From NCBI GenBank assembly GCA_051003195.1, contig JBPCLP010000053.1:64001-128000 (forward strand): a DNA stretch of 64,000 bases, read 5' to 3'. Position 1 is the stretch's first letter. Each line of letters begins with the position of its first letter. The notes beneath the pieces were generated by a model. That model was not told the origin of the DNA. It saw nothing but the letters and a program-made list of their open reading frames with translations, and searched no databases. Below, one piece after another: positions 17,373 to 27,497 of this stretch. This DNA comes from Candidatus Sumerlaeaceae bacterium. Its GTDB lineage: Bacteria > Sumerlaeota > Sumerlaeia > Sumerlaeales > Sumerlaeaceae. The position numbers were made by a program, and so were the translations under genes.

Positions 17373-18251
17373 ATGCTCCGTTTCCCCTCTCTCCTTCGCC
17401 TCTCAGCATGTTCCGTACTTCTTCTTTCTTTCACCAGCAGTGCTCTCGCCGCCGCCTACACGCGAGTAGTGAGCTGGAACCTGCGCCATGAAGGCTGGAG
17501 TGGCGAGACTGATTATGCCGGCGACGCCGCACAAATCTGGAATCAGTTTGGGAGCAGCAGCACATCTACGAACGGCTGCGACGTGGTACTATGCCAGGAA
17601 GTTATGTATGCCACTGCGGCATCGGGTATCGCGAGCGCGCTGACATCCATCAGCGGCGTTTCGTGGTCTTACTCGTGCACCGCGGCGATTGGCCGCACGA
17701 CGTACAAGGAGTGTTACGCGGTCATTTATCGCACGGATAATGTCACGCTGCTTTCTTCGTCCGTGTATAACGATGTGAACGACTGGTTCGAACGTGAACC
17801 ACAGATTGTGAAAATCCGCGACAACAGAACGCTTGAGGATTTCACCTTTATTAACTGGCACACTATCTGGGGTACGGCCGCCGAGCGGCAGGCAGAAATT
17901 GAAAAGATTCATAACGTGTTCAACTCCGTGCAAAGTGGAAGCACCAGCGATGAAGACGTGATCCTGCTTGGCGACCACAACGCAGATGCAACGTCCAGCT
18001 ATTGGAACGTGTTCAAGAGCACTGCCAACGTCTCACCGCAGGTAGGATATTATGTAAACACGGCGACGACGATCAATTCCAGCGGCAGCTATGTGAGTGC
18101 GTATGACCATTTCTGGGCGCAGAGCACCTACCTGACGGAATACTCCAGCTCGGGACGCGACTACGTTGCGAGCCCGCTGAATCTATATAACGATCTGTCC
18201 GATCACGCGCCTATATGGCTGAAAATGTACTCGAGCGCTGACACGGACTAG
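17373..18251 (+). CDS. Secreted DNase I-like endonuclease/exonuclease/phosphatase
   Basis: AGGAGG RBS; signal peptide; VSWNL, CQEV, IGRTTYKECYAVIYR, FEREP, LLGDHNAD, YDHF, SDHAPI. Confidence 0.85.
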   Translation: MLRFPSLLRLSACSVLLLSFTSSALAAAYTRVVSWNLRHEGWSGETDYAGDAAQIWNQFGSSSTSTNGCDVVLCQEVMYATAASGIASALTSISGVSWSYSCTAAIGRTTYKECYAVIYRTDNVTLLSSSVYNDVNDWFEREPQIVKIRDNRTLEDFTFINWHTIWGTAAERQAEIEKIHNVFNSVQSGSTSDEDVILLGDHNADATSSYWNVFKSTANVSPQVGYYVNTATTINSSGSYVSAYDHFWAQSTYLTEYSSSGRDYVASPLNLYNDLSDHAPIWLKMYSSADTD

Positions 18252-18259
18252 TTCGAGGA

Positions 18260-20107
18260 TTGAACGGACCGGTGTCGCCCCGGCGATGGTGGATCATCGT
18301 CGGGGCGTTTCTATTAGTATTGGTTGCCGGCTTGATGTGGCAGACAGAGCGCAGCGGACGAGGCGTGGTTTCGCGCCAAGCCGCGCGAAGTGACGTGGGA
18401 GGCGAGCGGAGAGACGACCGGGTTGTCCGCTCGGCGCAGAGTGAAAGCAGGAGTGCAGGGCGTCGTGCCACCGGGGCGCCTGAAGTGCCGCGTGCTGAAG
18501 CTGCCGCCGTGATTACGACCAGCGTGGGCGTTCGTGCACGGCTCGTCGGCGCTGCAACTTCGGCTGCGGAAGGCAAGCTTGTGACGTACATTGCTGCGGC
18601 CGAAATCAATCCGGTGGACCTGGCGGAGCAGAACGCGCGTGCGGCCCGCGGTAATACCGGCGCGGGTGCATCTGATGTACTGGAACTGGCGAATGTGCTG
18701 TCGTGGACAAGCGCGAGTATTGCGGCCGACGTGCCTCAGCCAGGGGATGTTATTGCAGCCTCCCAGCTGCTGCCGATTGCGCCCGTTTACGAAATTGCGG
18801 CTTACGATTATGCGGACGACCGCATTTATCATCACCGAATCACGCACGCACAGGCGTTGCAGGCACAGGAGCCGATCGCGGTCGAGCCGGTCGCGGCGAC
18901 CGGGCTTTCGATCCGGCTGGTGAATTCGGAGGCGCTCGGCTCCGCGATCCAAGCGAGGATTGACCGACAGCCGAGCCGCGAGCGGGCAAACGCTGAATCC
19001 GCAAGCGCGCTGCTGCACATGATTAAACTCTTCAAACCTGAGCTTGCAGACGCGCTTATTGAGCAGGACGCGCTGTTGCTTGCGACTACCGCGACGACGA
19101 TCCTTGCTCCCCTACCGCAGGATCCGTCCGTCGGACTTATGCTGGCGACCGGGACTGGCATCGAAACCGGGCCCCTTGTTTTCGCGTTGGAGCCGGGGGT
19201 GATTCGAAATGTGGAGATCGATTGTGCGGCGCTATTTGAGACGCGTGATATCGTCGGCACGACACTTCGCGCGCGGGTGTTGCTTGAGCCAGACGACACG
19301 CCGCTAAGCGGCGCTGTAGTGTCGCGGATGAAAAACGAAATCCCAGGCGAACAGCACGTGACGAATAATGATGGTACCGTAAGCTTCGACGGAATTCCAC
19401 TTTCTACACCCACTGAGTTTCTTGTCGAAACGACGGCATCGAGTGCCCAAGGCCGGGCACTGGCTCCACGCACACGTTTCCAGTTTAAACCTCCGACCAC
19501 TACGTCGCTTTTGAGCAGTGCGACATGGAAACTGCGGCCATATTCGTGGCTGGTGATGGAATTGCCCGACGTGAAGCGAACGGCTGGCAGTTCCAGGGTA
19601 TCTATCGCAGGGCGCGAGTACGGTTTTCACTGGCCCGTTTATCTGCTTCAGAAGCGCGACAGAGGGGATCAACCCTGGAAGAATGACCGTGTGGATCAGT
19701 TTACTGAATCGGATAATACCATCGCAGTTTCGGTAAGTTCGCCGGGCGAATATCGGATCGGAATCGCGCACAACAGCGACGAGCTTAGCTATACTGAATC
19801 TGCATCGCCGGGGCTGGGCGAGGAGGCGCGCGTAAGTTTCGTGCGACGGCCGTCATCGGGTCGATACAGTATTTACCTTCGTAAGCCCGACGGCAAAATG
19901 TATGATGGTCCGGTAGCAATGGCTGGCCTGCACTCCAGCTTGCGCCCGCATAAGTTTATGCCCGCGAATGGCTCCGATGGATTCAAGCTTCCCATACCAT
20001 ACCAACCGTTCGAGGCAGAGTTTAGCGTTCCGGGTTATGCGCCGCTGCGTGCGCCGATCCCTTCCAATATGCCGCCTGACGCCGCACTGACGTTTGACTT
20101 GAAATGA
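18260..20107 (+). CDS. Membrane-anchored hypothetical protein with carboxypeptidase-regulatory-like beta domain
   Basis: N-terminal TM; DDTPLSGAVV...TNNDGTVSFDGIP pattern; 8 nt downstream of the nuclease gene. Confidence 0.6.
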   Translation: MNGPVSPRRWWIIVGAFLLVLVAGLMWQTERSGRGVVSRQAARSDVGGERRDDRVVRSAQSESRSAGRRATGAPEVPRAEAAAVITTSVGVRARLVGAATSAAEGKLVTYIAAAEINPVDLAEQNARAARGNTGAGASDVLELANVLSWTSASIAADVPQPGDVIAASQLLPIAPVYEIAAYDYADDRIYHHRITHAQALQAQEPIAVEPVAATGLSIRLVNSEALGSAIQARIDRQPSRERANAESASALLHMIKLFKPELADALIEQDALLLATTATTILAPLPQDPSVGLMLATGTGIETGPLVFALEPGVIRNVEIDCAALFETRDIVGTTLRARVLLEPDDTPLSGAVVSRMKNEIPGEQHVTNNDGTVSFDGIPLSTPTEFLVETTASSAQGRALAPRTRFQFKPPTTTSLLSSATWKLRPYSWLVMELPDVKRTAGSSRVSIAGREYGFHWPVYLLQKRDRGDQPWKNDRVDQFTESDNTIAVSVSSPGEYRIGIAHNSDELSYTESASPGLGEEARVSFVRRPSSGRYSIYLRKPDGKMYDGPVAMAGLHSSLRPHKFMPANGSDGFKLPIPYQPFEAEFSVPGYAPLRAPIPSNMPPDAALTFDLK

Positions 20108-20171
20108 CAGGCGTCGGCGCCTTGCTACAGTCCCGCGTTGCGGGGCACTACCCGCGCACGATGCGGCCGTC

Positions 20172-22280
20172 TTACTCCTTGCCGGGCTGGCGGACGACCT
20201 TGACGGTGAGCGGGATACGCCCGCTGATTTCGTAATTGGTCACTACGTCGGCGTCGACGAGAAAATTGCCGCGAACGGACGAGTAGTAACGCCTCTCCAC
20301 CGTGGCTTCAATGGTATTGATGATGCTGCTGGGCAGCTTGGGCATTTCGCTGCCGCGCACGGCCGCGCCGGTGTCTTCATCCTGCAGCGTGACGTACACT
20401 TTGTTTCTCGGAAAGTTACGGCCGAGCAGACGCACCAGGCTTTCATAGTCGAACACGCGATCGCCGCCCGGGTTGCGGCGTCCCTCGATGCTCTCGCGCT
20501 GTCCCGCGTCGGTCACCAGCAGATCGTACTCGCCGTCTGCCAGGTTGTCGGGCAAGCGGAACGAGTACTGCATTCGCTCGGCCGGTTTGCGGTATGGCTG
20601 CACTTCCCATTCGACAGCGACCTGGTCACCGGGTCGGTAGATTGCCTTATCGAGCATACCCGCGAGTAGCTGGCCCTGCAGATAACGATCCGCGAGCTTT
20701 ACGTTGAAATCCAGCGACTTCATTTTCACGCGGCGATACGGATTGGTCATCATCACGCCGACGTCCGACGCCGCGCCGACCGCCGCCGAACCACCGCCGT
20801 ACTGGTCGGCAACGTAATCTTCTTTGGTAAAACTGGTTCCGTCATCAAAGGAAAGCGCGTAGTTGAACAGCGCGACTGCGTCGTCGCCGCTGCGCGACGC
20901 GGCGACCATTGATTCCATCAGCGTGACCATTGCGAGCGACGGTCCCATCTCGCGATCATTCCACACACGGTAATTGAACTCGCGCTTACCGCGATAGCGG
21001 GGATCTTCGACACTCGCGCGGATTGAAAACATATCCGCAGTCTGACCAAACAGGCAACCAATTGCGGGCTGACGGTCCTGACGCACCATTCCAATCTGAC
21101 CAAGCGGCTCGCCGACCTTGAACGGACGGCTCAGATTTCGAACGATCGCGTTGATACGCGCCGGCGCCATGGGGAAGCGAACGTTGCCATACTCGAACAT
21201 CGGATGTCCGAAGGCGACCAGGCGGTTTCCCTTTCGATAAGTGACCGTACCAACTCCCGACATGTTCATGTCGCCTTCGACAAACGGCACGGCCAGGCCA
21301 TACCCTTCGGCGAATTCCTGGGAAAGCGCCTTCAAATCCGCGACAGGACCACCGGGGGAATTCTGCGCGGGCGCGGACGGCGACCACGTCGTCACGGGGA
21401 GCATGCTGTTGGGCGCCTGAATGTCGAGCCCCTGGAATACGTTGCGCAGCAAATCCAGCGTTTTCGGTGATGCCCCCGAAACGAAAATGGGAGCGGTGAG
21501 CGGACGCATCTCGAATTCGTCCGGAAGGCCGAACTGCTGGCGCACAGTATCAGGGAACTCGGTTCCGCGGAACTTCAACGTCGATGCGCGGTTCGCTCGC
21601 AGGTAGGGTGTATCATTACCAATTGCCCATGCGAGGTCGCGGCGCATCTGCATATATCCGTTGTACGCGCGATACGTCGCCCCATCATCTTCATCCTTAT
21701 CGGTCAGCGGCTCAGTCGGCGTGCTCTTCAGCACTTTCAGCATGGAAGCGATTGGCGTCACTCCGGCGAGCGCCTCTTTCGACTCGGTCCAGCCGTACGC
21801 CACGGCGCCAATCATTTTTTCATCCATGTAAACGGGGCTGCCGCTCATGCCGGCGATGACACCCATGTCAGTGAGGATCGGGTGATTCAGCTGGCACAGG
21901 ATGATGTCCATGTCGGGATATACCCGGTGGCGCACGCCGACCACTGTTGCTTCGAATTTCTCAGGACGAATTCCGCTGAAGACGGACAGGCCATAGCCTT
22001 TCATCCCGGGCCGGATATCTTCCACGGCCATCATCGTGGCAGTATCGAATTCGAGATTGTCTGCTTCTGTGTTAGTCGTCGCGACTTCACCTACGACGGT
22101 GGCCGTCAAACCGGTGTCACGGTGCTGGATACCGCGAACGTAGGTGTCACCCCGGGTTGCAACGAGTGCCGTTCCGGCGGTTGTTGCAGCATTGCGGGTG
22201 GCAGTTCGTGTCGGAATATCGGCGAAAGCAACGGATGTACAAAGCATGTAAAATGCGGCTACGTGACTGGTCCGCATCAT
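20172..22280 (-). CDS. SpoIVB peptidase S55 domain protein
   Basis: IRPGMKGYGLSVFSG, GVIAGMSGSPVY...IGAVAYG, GVTPI, AFGHPM. Confidence 0.85.
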   Translation of the reverse strand: MMRTSHVAAFYMLCTSVAFADIPTRTATRNAATTAGTALVATRGDTYVRGIQHRDTGLTATVVGEVATTNTEADNLEFDTATMMAVEDIRPGMKGYGLSVFSGIRPEKFEATVVGVRHRVYPDMDIILCQLNHPILTDMGVIAGMSGSPVYMDEKMIGAVAYGWTESKEALAGVTPIASMLKVLKSTPTEPLTDKDEDDGATYRAYNGYMQMRRDLAWAIGNDTPYLRANRASTLKFRGTEFPDTVRQQFGLPDEFEMRPLTAPIFVSGASPKTLDLLRNVFQGLDIQAPNSMLPVTTWSPSAPAQNSPGGPVADLKALSQEFAEGYGLAVPFVEGDMNMSGVGTVTYRKGNRLVAFGHPMFEYGNVRFPMAPARINAIVRNLSRPFKVGEPLGQIGMVRQDRQPAIGCLFGQTADMFSIRASVEDPRYRGKREFNYRVWNDREMGPSLAMVTLMESMVAASRSGDDAVALFNYALSFDDGTSFTKEDYVADQYGGGSAAVGAASDVGVMMTNPYRRVKMKSLDFNVKLADRYLQGQLLAGMLDKAIYRPGDQVAVEWEVQPYRKPAERMQYSFRLPDNLADGEYDLLVTDAGQRESIEGRRNPGGDRVFDYESLVRLLGRNFPRNKVYVTLQDEDTGAAVRGSEMPKLPSSIINTIEATVERRYYSSVRGNFLVDADVVTNYEISGRIPLTVKVVRQPGKE

Positions 22281-22575
22281 TGAACGATGAGAGCTTTTAT
22301 TTAAACACATCATGAAAGTGGAAGTACCTGCCAATGCCTGAAAACTTTGCCTATTTATATGCCTCATTCCGTAAAAGCTTCTCCCCAGCCAGCACTGGTG
22401 CAAGTTTTAAGCAGGCCGCACGGGAGCGGCCCTGTGCCTCTTTTTGGTTGCGCTGCAAATGCTTCTGCGCTGAAGTTCAAAGTCGTTTGCAGCTGCCCGC
22501 CGAGTGAGCCACACGAATACAGCTATTAGATAGGTGAGTTTGACCAATCGTGCTCCAGCCGAGGAGAACACGGGA

Positions 22576-23376
22576 ATGGCCGCACTGAAGCTCGTAACGT
22601 CAATGCCAGGGATCGTGTTGCTGTTATTGGGCGGCTGTGCTGCAACGACGCCGACGCGCCAGGTTGCAGTGCCAAGGACCGCGGCATCACCCGCTCCTCC
22701 CCCACCGCAGTGGGACGCAACGAAGCCTGGCGTTTTGACGGAGGCGCGCGAAAGCGCGGGCCGTCTTGGGGGTGCAGCGCGCAAAGGCGCCCAGACCATG
22801 CGCAGTAGCGCCGGGAAGGTGAAGTCTACCGTTTCGGCCGAGGCGCGTGAGGGTGCGGAGCGCCTTGTGGATGTCGCTCGCAAAGGCGCCGACACCATGC
22901 GCAGCGGCGCCGGGAAGGTTATAAGCGGAGCAGACAAGGTGATCAGTCTCGCGCATTTCAAATCCAGTTCTTCGGTATACCCGTATGATGTTTGTGCGCA
23001 ACAGGGCGAATTGAGCGGACAGGGATTCTGCTGGCCCGCTTACGGTACAGTTTCCCGCGGATTCAAGCGCGGGCATTACGGCCTGGATGTGCTGGCACCT
23101 ACCGGTACACCGGTTTACGCTGCAAAGGCCGGTACTGTAATCTATGCCGGGAAGAAACTATCCGGTTTTGGGAATGTGGTCGTGCTCGATCATGGGTGCA
23201 AAGTCGCCACGATATATGGGCACAATTCCAAACTGCTGGTGCAGACCGGCGACACAGTACGCTGCGGAGAGCAGATCGCGTGTGTCGGGATGACGGGCCG
23301 CGCGACTGCACCGCATTGTCACTTTGAAATTAGGGAAGACGGCACGCCGGTCGATCCGAAACCGCTTCTTCCGTAG
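22576..23376 (+). CDS. M23-family peptidase lipoprotein
   Basis: Lipobox LLGGC; HYGLD, YGHNS, HCHFEIR, PVDP; internal 33-aa repeat. Confidence 0.88.
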   Translation: MAALKLVTSMPGIVLLLLGGCAATTPTRQVAVPRTAASPAPPPPQWDATKPGVLTEARESAGRLGGAARKGAQTMRSSAGKVKSTVSAEAREGAERLVDVARKGADTMRSGAGKVISGADKVISLAHFKSSSSVYPYDVCAQQGELSGQGFCWPAYGTVSRGFKRGHYGLDVLAPTGTPVYAAKAGTVIYAGKKLSGFGNVVVLDHGCKVATIYGHNSKLLVQTGDTVRCGEQIACVGMTGRATAPHCHFEIREDGTPVDPKPLLP

Positions 23377-23415
23377 TCGTGCGATAAGTTTGCTGCGGGT
23401 ATTGTAGCGAACTGC

Positions 23416-24750
23416 ATGTCCGAACGTCCCAGATGGCGCGGTTTGCCGATACCCGGCCTGCTCCGCGCACTGCGCCACCGCAATTATCGCCTGTTCATTG
23501 CTGGACAGATCGTATCGCTGGTCGGCAACTGGATCCAGGGCACGGCGCTCAACTGGCTCGTGCTCAATGTGCTGATGGCCAGCAGCTTTCAGCTCGGAGT
23601 ATTCAACTTCGCACTTCAGGTGCCGGTGCTGCTGCTTGGGCTGTTCGCGGGGGCGCTGGTCGACACGGTGAACCGGCATCGCCTCCTTCTGGTGACGCAG
23701 GGACTGTTCATGGTACACGCAGTGGTTCTAGCGGTGCTCACATTGCTGCATCACGGCAGTGGCGCGCCGCTGCTTACATATCCGCTGGCCGTCGGGCTGG
23801 CGTTTGTGAGCGGTGTGCTGCAGGCATTCGACCTGCCAGCGCGCAGCGCGTTCCTTCTGCAGATGGTGCCCAGGGAAGATTTGCAGAACGCGGTCGCACT
23901 GAATTCGCTCACGTTCAACGGCGCGCGTGTAATCGGTCCCGCGCTGGCGGGAACCCTGCTGGCCTGGTTCTCACGTGCGTACTCGGATCGATTGGGGTTT
24001 GGCGAAGGACTCTGCTTCGTGATGAATGCGGTCAGCTATATCGCCGTGCTGCTGTCGCTGTTGCAGATGCGTGTGGAAGCGCCTCCCGCCGACCGGAAAG
24101 CCGACTACAGCCCACGTTACCTGCTGGATGGCATTCGCTACGTGGCGGCACGACCGCACATCGCAGGCCTGCTGCTGCACCTTACCATCATGGCACTCTT
24201 CGGCATTCCGTACCTGCTTCTTATCCCGGTGTTTGCGAGAGAAGTGCTTCATGGCGACGCCAGCGTTTTCGGACGCCTGATGGCAAGCATTGGCATTGGC
24301 GCGCTGGCGGGAGGCGTGATCATGGCAATGCGCAAAGGTGTGCGCGGCCTCGGGCGACACATGACGGCATCGACTGCTGCATTCGCGATCTGCATCCTGG
24401 TTTTCGCCCGGATGGATTTCCTGTGGTCCGCGAGCCTCGCGATCGGCGCGGCCGGCTTCAGCATGGTGATGGCAATGATCGGCTCGCAGACACTCGCGCA
24501 GACACTTGTTGCCGAAAATGTGCGCGGTCGTGTGCTGAGCTTGTACACGATGATTTCGGTCGGAATGCTGCCATTTGGCAGCCTGATCAGCGGCGCGCTG
24601 GCGCAATATTTCGGAGTGCGAACGGCGTTCACAATCAATGGCGCGGTTTGCCTTCTGACCGCGCTTGGATTTTCGCTGACGCTGCCGCGGTTGCGCGCGT
24701 GGGCGCACGCGACAGAAGAGTACCAGCAGGCAGTGGCAGAGCCTGTGTAA
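23416..24750 (+). CDS. MFS transporter (MFS_3-like)
   Basis: ALRHRNYRLFIAGQIVS, AFDLPAR, NAVALNS..FNGARVIGPALAG, RGRVLSLY. Confidence 0.88.
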   Translation: MSERPRWRGLPIPGLLRALRHRNYRLFIAGQIVSLVGNWIQGTALNWLVLNVLMASSFQLGVFNFALQVPVLLLGLFAGALVDTVNRHRLLLVTQGLFMVHAVVLAVLTLLHHGSGAPLLTYPLAVGLAFVSGVLQAFDLPARSAFLLQMVPREDLQNAVALNSLTFNGARVIGPALAGTLLAWFSRAYSDRLGFGEGLCFVMNAVSYIAVLLSLLQMRVEAPPADRKADYSPRYLLDGIRYVAARPHIAGLLLHLTIMALFGIPYLLLIPVFAREVLHGDASVFGRLMASIGIGALAGGVIMAMRKGVRGLGRHMTASTAAFAICILVFARMDFLWSASLAIGAAGFSMVMAMIGSQTLAQTLVAENVRGRVLSLYTMISVGMLPFGSLISGALAQYFGVRTAFTINGAVCLLTALGFSLTLPRLRAWAHATEEYQQAVAEPV

Positions 24751-24843
24751 TATTTGAGCCGGGGAGGTTCCGCTTTTTGTTGAGCCTTTGAAATCGGCAC
24801 AGCGGGTTGGGCAGGTTATAAGATCACGCCAGAAGAGGACCGG

Positions 24844-25983
24844 ATGCCAAAGACCGTCAACGTGGGGCTAATTGGGTATGCATTTATGGGCAAAGCGCAT
24901 AGCGCAGCGTTTCGCGATGTGCCGATCTATTTTCCGGATGTGAAGCTGAAACCCGTCATGAAGTCGATATGCGGGCGAGACGAGCGAGCGGTACGAGAGG
25001 CTGCAAATCGCCTTGGCTGGGAAGAGTACGAAACCGACGCGATGACGCTGATCCGGCGCGACGACATCCAGGTGGTGGACGTATGCTCGCCGGGGTGGGC
25101 TCACAAGGACCAGGTGATAGCGGCGGCTAAGGCCGGCAAACATATCATCTGCGAAAAGCCGATTGGTAACAACCTGAAAGAAGCGAAGGCGATGGCGAAC
25201 GCCGTCAATGCGGCGGGCGTGCAGAACACCGTGATGTTCAATTATCGCCGCATCCCCGCAATGTCGTACGCGCGCGATCTTATCCGCGCGGGTGAGATCG
25301 GCGAGATTCGCCACTTCCGCGCATTTTACCTGCAGGACTGGATTTCGGACCCGGATTTCCCGATGGTGTGGCGGCTGGATAAGAAGCAGGCCGGCAGCGG
25401 CACACTGGGTGATATCGGTTCGCATATCATCGACATGGGGCGCTTCCTGGTTGGAGAAATCGACGAGGTCGTCGGCACGTTAAAAACGTTTGTAAAAGAG
25501 CGGCCGATCGAAACGGGTTCACGCAAGAAGGCACGCGTGACGGTAGATGACGCGACTGCATTTATCGCGAATTTTGACAATGGAGCCATCGGTACGTTCG
25601 AAGCCACGCGTTTCGCACGCGGGCGGAAGAACTACAATGGCTTCGAAATCTACGGCAGCAAAGGCAGCCTGCTGTTCAATTTCGAGGACATGAACCGACT
25701 GCAGTTTCTTTCCACGAAAGATAACCCGTTGAGCCAGGGGTTCCGGGATATCATTGTTACGGAACCCGGCCATCCCTACGTCAAAGGCTGGTGGCCGCCG
25801 GGGCACATTATTGGATACCAGCACACGTTCGCGCATGCCATTTACGATTTCCTGAATAACCTCGCGAAGGGGAAAAGCACCGCGCCGGACATCAACGATG
25901 GCGTGATGGTGCAGGCGGTGCTGGAGGCCGTCGAGATGAGCGACAAACAGCGCGGGTGGGTGAGGATTAAGGATCTGCTGTAG
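24844..25983 (+). CDS. Gfo/Idh/MocA oxidoreductase
   Basis: VGLIGYAFMG, ICEKP, FNYR, GTLGDIGSHIID, WWPPGHIIGY. Confidence 0.9.
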   Translation: MPKTVNVGLIGYAFMGKAHSAAFRDVPIYFPDVKLKPVMKSICGRDERAVREAANRLGWEEYETDAMTLIRRDDIQVVDVCSPGWAHKDQVIAAAKAGKHIICEKPIGNNLKEAKAMANAVNAAGVQNTVMFNYRRIPAMSYARDLIRAGEIGEIRHFRAFYLQDWISDPDFPMVWRLDKKQAGSGTLGDIGSHIIDMGRFLVGEIDEVVGTLKTFVKERPIETGSRKKARVTVDDATAFIANFDNGAIGTFEATRFARGRKNYNGFEIYGSKGSLLFNFEDMNRLQFLSTKDNPLSQGFRDIIVTEPGHPYVKGWWPPGHIIGYQHTFAHAIYDFLNNLAKGKSTAPDINDGVMVQAVLEAVEMSDKQRGWVRIKDLL

Positions 25984-26010
25984 TCAGTGGGCCGGGCAGC
26001 GCGTCCAACC

Positions 26011-26532
26011 TCATTCATGATAATATGCCCACTTGCCGATACGCTCGTACCAATTACCTCCGTCATCTGGTGGATAAACGCCAGAGGGGTGATAAATGAA
26101 AGCATCGAAATTCGTGAAAGACCCTGCCGAAACATATAGGGTCCACGAGTTGCCGTAGTCGTCCGTGTGTGGCCAGTAGTTATACGTAATATCAGGATGG
26201 TGCCGATCGCCTGTACCGGGAATCCGCACTATGTACTTCGGCATGAGTTGCTCCACAAGCCCGGGCGGTCTGCCCTTATCGCGCTCGTATTGCTGGATTG
26301 CCTGAATGAGAGGCTCTGCATTCGCAGCAACCTTCTCCCACCGCTCACGCGAAAAGCGCCCTGCCGAGAGGTAGAACATGCCATACATGAAGAGCAGCAG
26401 TAGTGCAATTCCAAGTACCAGTCCAAGAATTACGCGAAGCACAACTCCTATAGCACTCGAGGGCGTCTGATGCTGATTGTCACGGCCTTCAGTCACAGGG
26501 CGCAGGACGTTACATCGATTAAAAGATGTCAA
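26011..26532 (-). CDS. Hypothetical membrane-anchored protein
   Basis: One TM, then PLIQAIQQYERDKGRPP...L.PKY and terminal WAYYHE. Confidence 0.65.
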   Translation of the reverse strand: MTSFNRCNVLRPVTEGRDNQHQTPSSAIGVVLRVILGLVLGIALLLLFMYGMFYLSAGRFSRERWEKVAANAEPLIQAIQQYERDKGRPPGLVEQLMPKYIVRIPGTGDRHHPDITYNYWPHTDDYGNSWTLYVSAGSFTNFDAFIYHPSGVYPPDDGGNWYERIGKWAYYHE

Positions 26533-26682
26533 CGCTCGCAGTTCAAAAGCTCCATGCCAGCAGCAATTCGTGCAAATCGTTGAGCGCGTAGCGCGGTCAA
26601 GTCAATTGGGGGGAAACGGGGGATCGTTTCTGGCTTTGAGATTTTCGCTCTTCGGCCTTTGCTCTTTGCTCTTCAGAAAGGA

Positions 26683-26769
26683 TGGTGGATGGGGGAGGAT
26701 TCGAACCTCCGTAGCGCGTAGCGCGACAGATTTACAGTCTGTTCCCTTTAGCCACTCGGGCACCCATCC
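26683..26769 (-). tRNA. tRNA-Tyr (anticodon GTA)
   Basis: ggatgggtgcccgagtggctaaagggaacagactGTAaatctgt...ggaggttcgaatcctcccccatccacca; long variable arm, CCA. Confidence 0.95.
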
Positions 26770-26834
26770 GCCGGGAAAACTGCCGGGGAATTATTCCTCC
26801 GGAAGCGTGCTACCCTACCCTGCCTGCGCAGTTC

Positions 26835-27497
26835 TTATTCGCCTGCAAAATCCTGCGTGAGGTAGACGTACGGCACACCCTTATTGTCGCCGAGCGCGAC
26901 GCCTACTCCGAGCTGTGTGAGAGCGGGATTCAGTATGTTTTGCCGATGCCCGGGGCTGTTCATCCACTGATCCATTGCCCACACGGCGAGCTCCTCGTAG
27001 CTGTTGCCTTCCTGCTCGACGCGCTGCGACCTTTTGCCGTGTGCATCGATGAATGTCCGCGTTTGCTGTGAGCGGAAAGTCGGCAGCATTGCGATGTTTT
27101 CGGCCAAGGCACGTGCCTGCACTCCTGCATTGTCCGCGCGGCTGCTCACGTTCGAACGTTTGAACACTCCCTTGCCCGTGTGACTAAAGTAATTATGTCC
27201 GGCCATCTCCACGCTGTGGCCGGCAGCCGCGGCCGCCAGGCCATCCATCCATGCAAACGGCTTTAGTCCCGCTTTGCGGCGTTCATCGTTTGTTTTCTCA
27301 AATACCAGGCGGGCTACCAGGTCAGGATCAAATTGCAACGGATCGATCCGCTGACTGGCCGGGCGCGTCTGTGTGGTGGCGGCGGCGTTCTTGGAGGAAT
27401 TGGACTGTTTTAAGTTTGTCGGTTTTCTGTCCTCGGACGCAGCAAGACCGTTGCTAAGCAGCACCAATAATGAACAACCTGCAACCAGCCGCTTCAT
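26835..27497 (-). CDS. Secreted CAP/SCP-domain protein
   Basis: TNDERRKAGL, HSVEMA..NYFSH, AENIA, WMNSPGHRQNIL, YLTQDF. Confidence 0.88.
   Translation of the reverse strand: MKRLVAGCSLLVLLSNGLAASEDRKPTNLKQSNSSKNAAATTQTRPASQRIDPLQFDPDLVARLVFEKTNDERRKAGLKPFAWMDGLAAAAAGHSVEMAGHNYFSHTGKGVFKRSNVSSRADNAGVQARALAENIAMLPTFRSQQTRTFIDAHGKRSQRVEQEGNSYEELAVWAMDQWMNSPGHRQNILNPALTQLGVGVALGDNKGVPYVYLTQDFAGE

Noticed and set aside
23433..24791. 452-aa alternative-frame ORF over the MFS gene, and other long shadow ORFs such as 236-1045, 43923-44918 and 62427-63191
   Set aside because: They overlap well-supported genes, lack recognisable motifs, and are expected in GC-rich DNA
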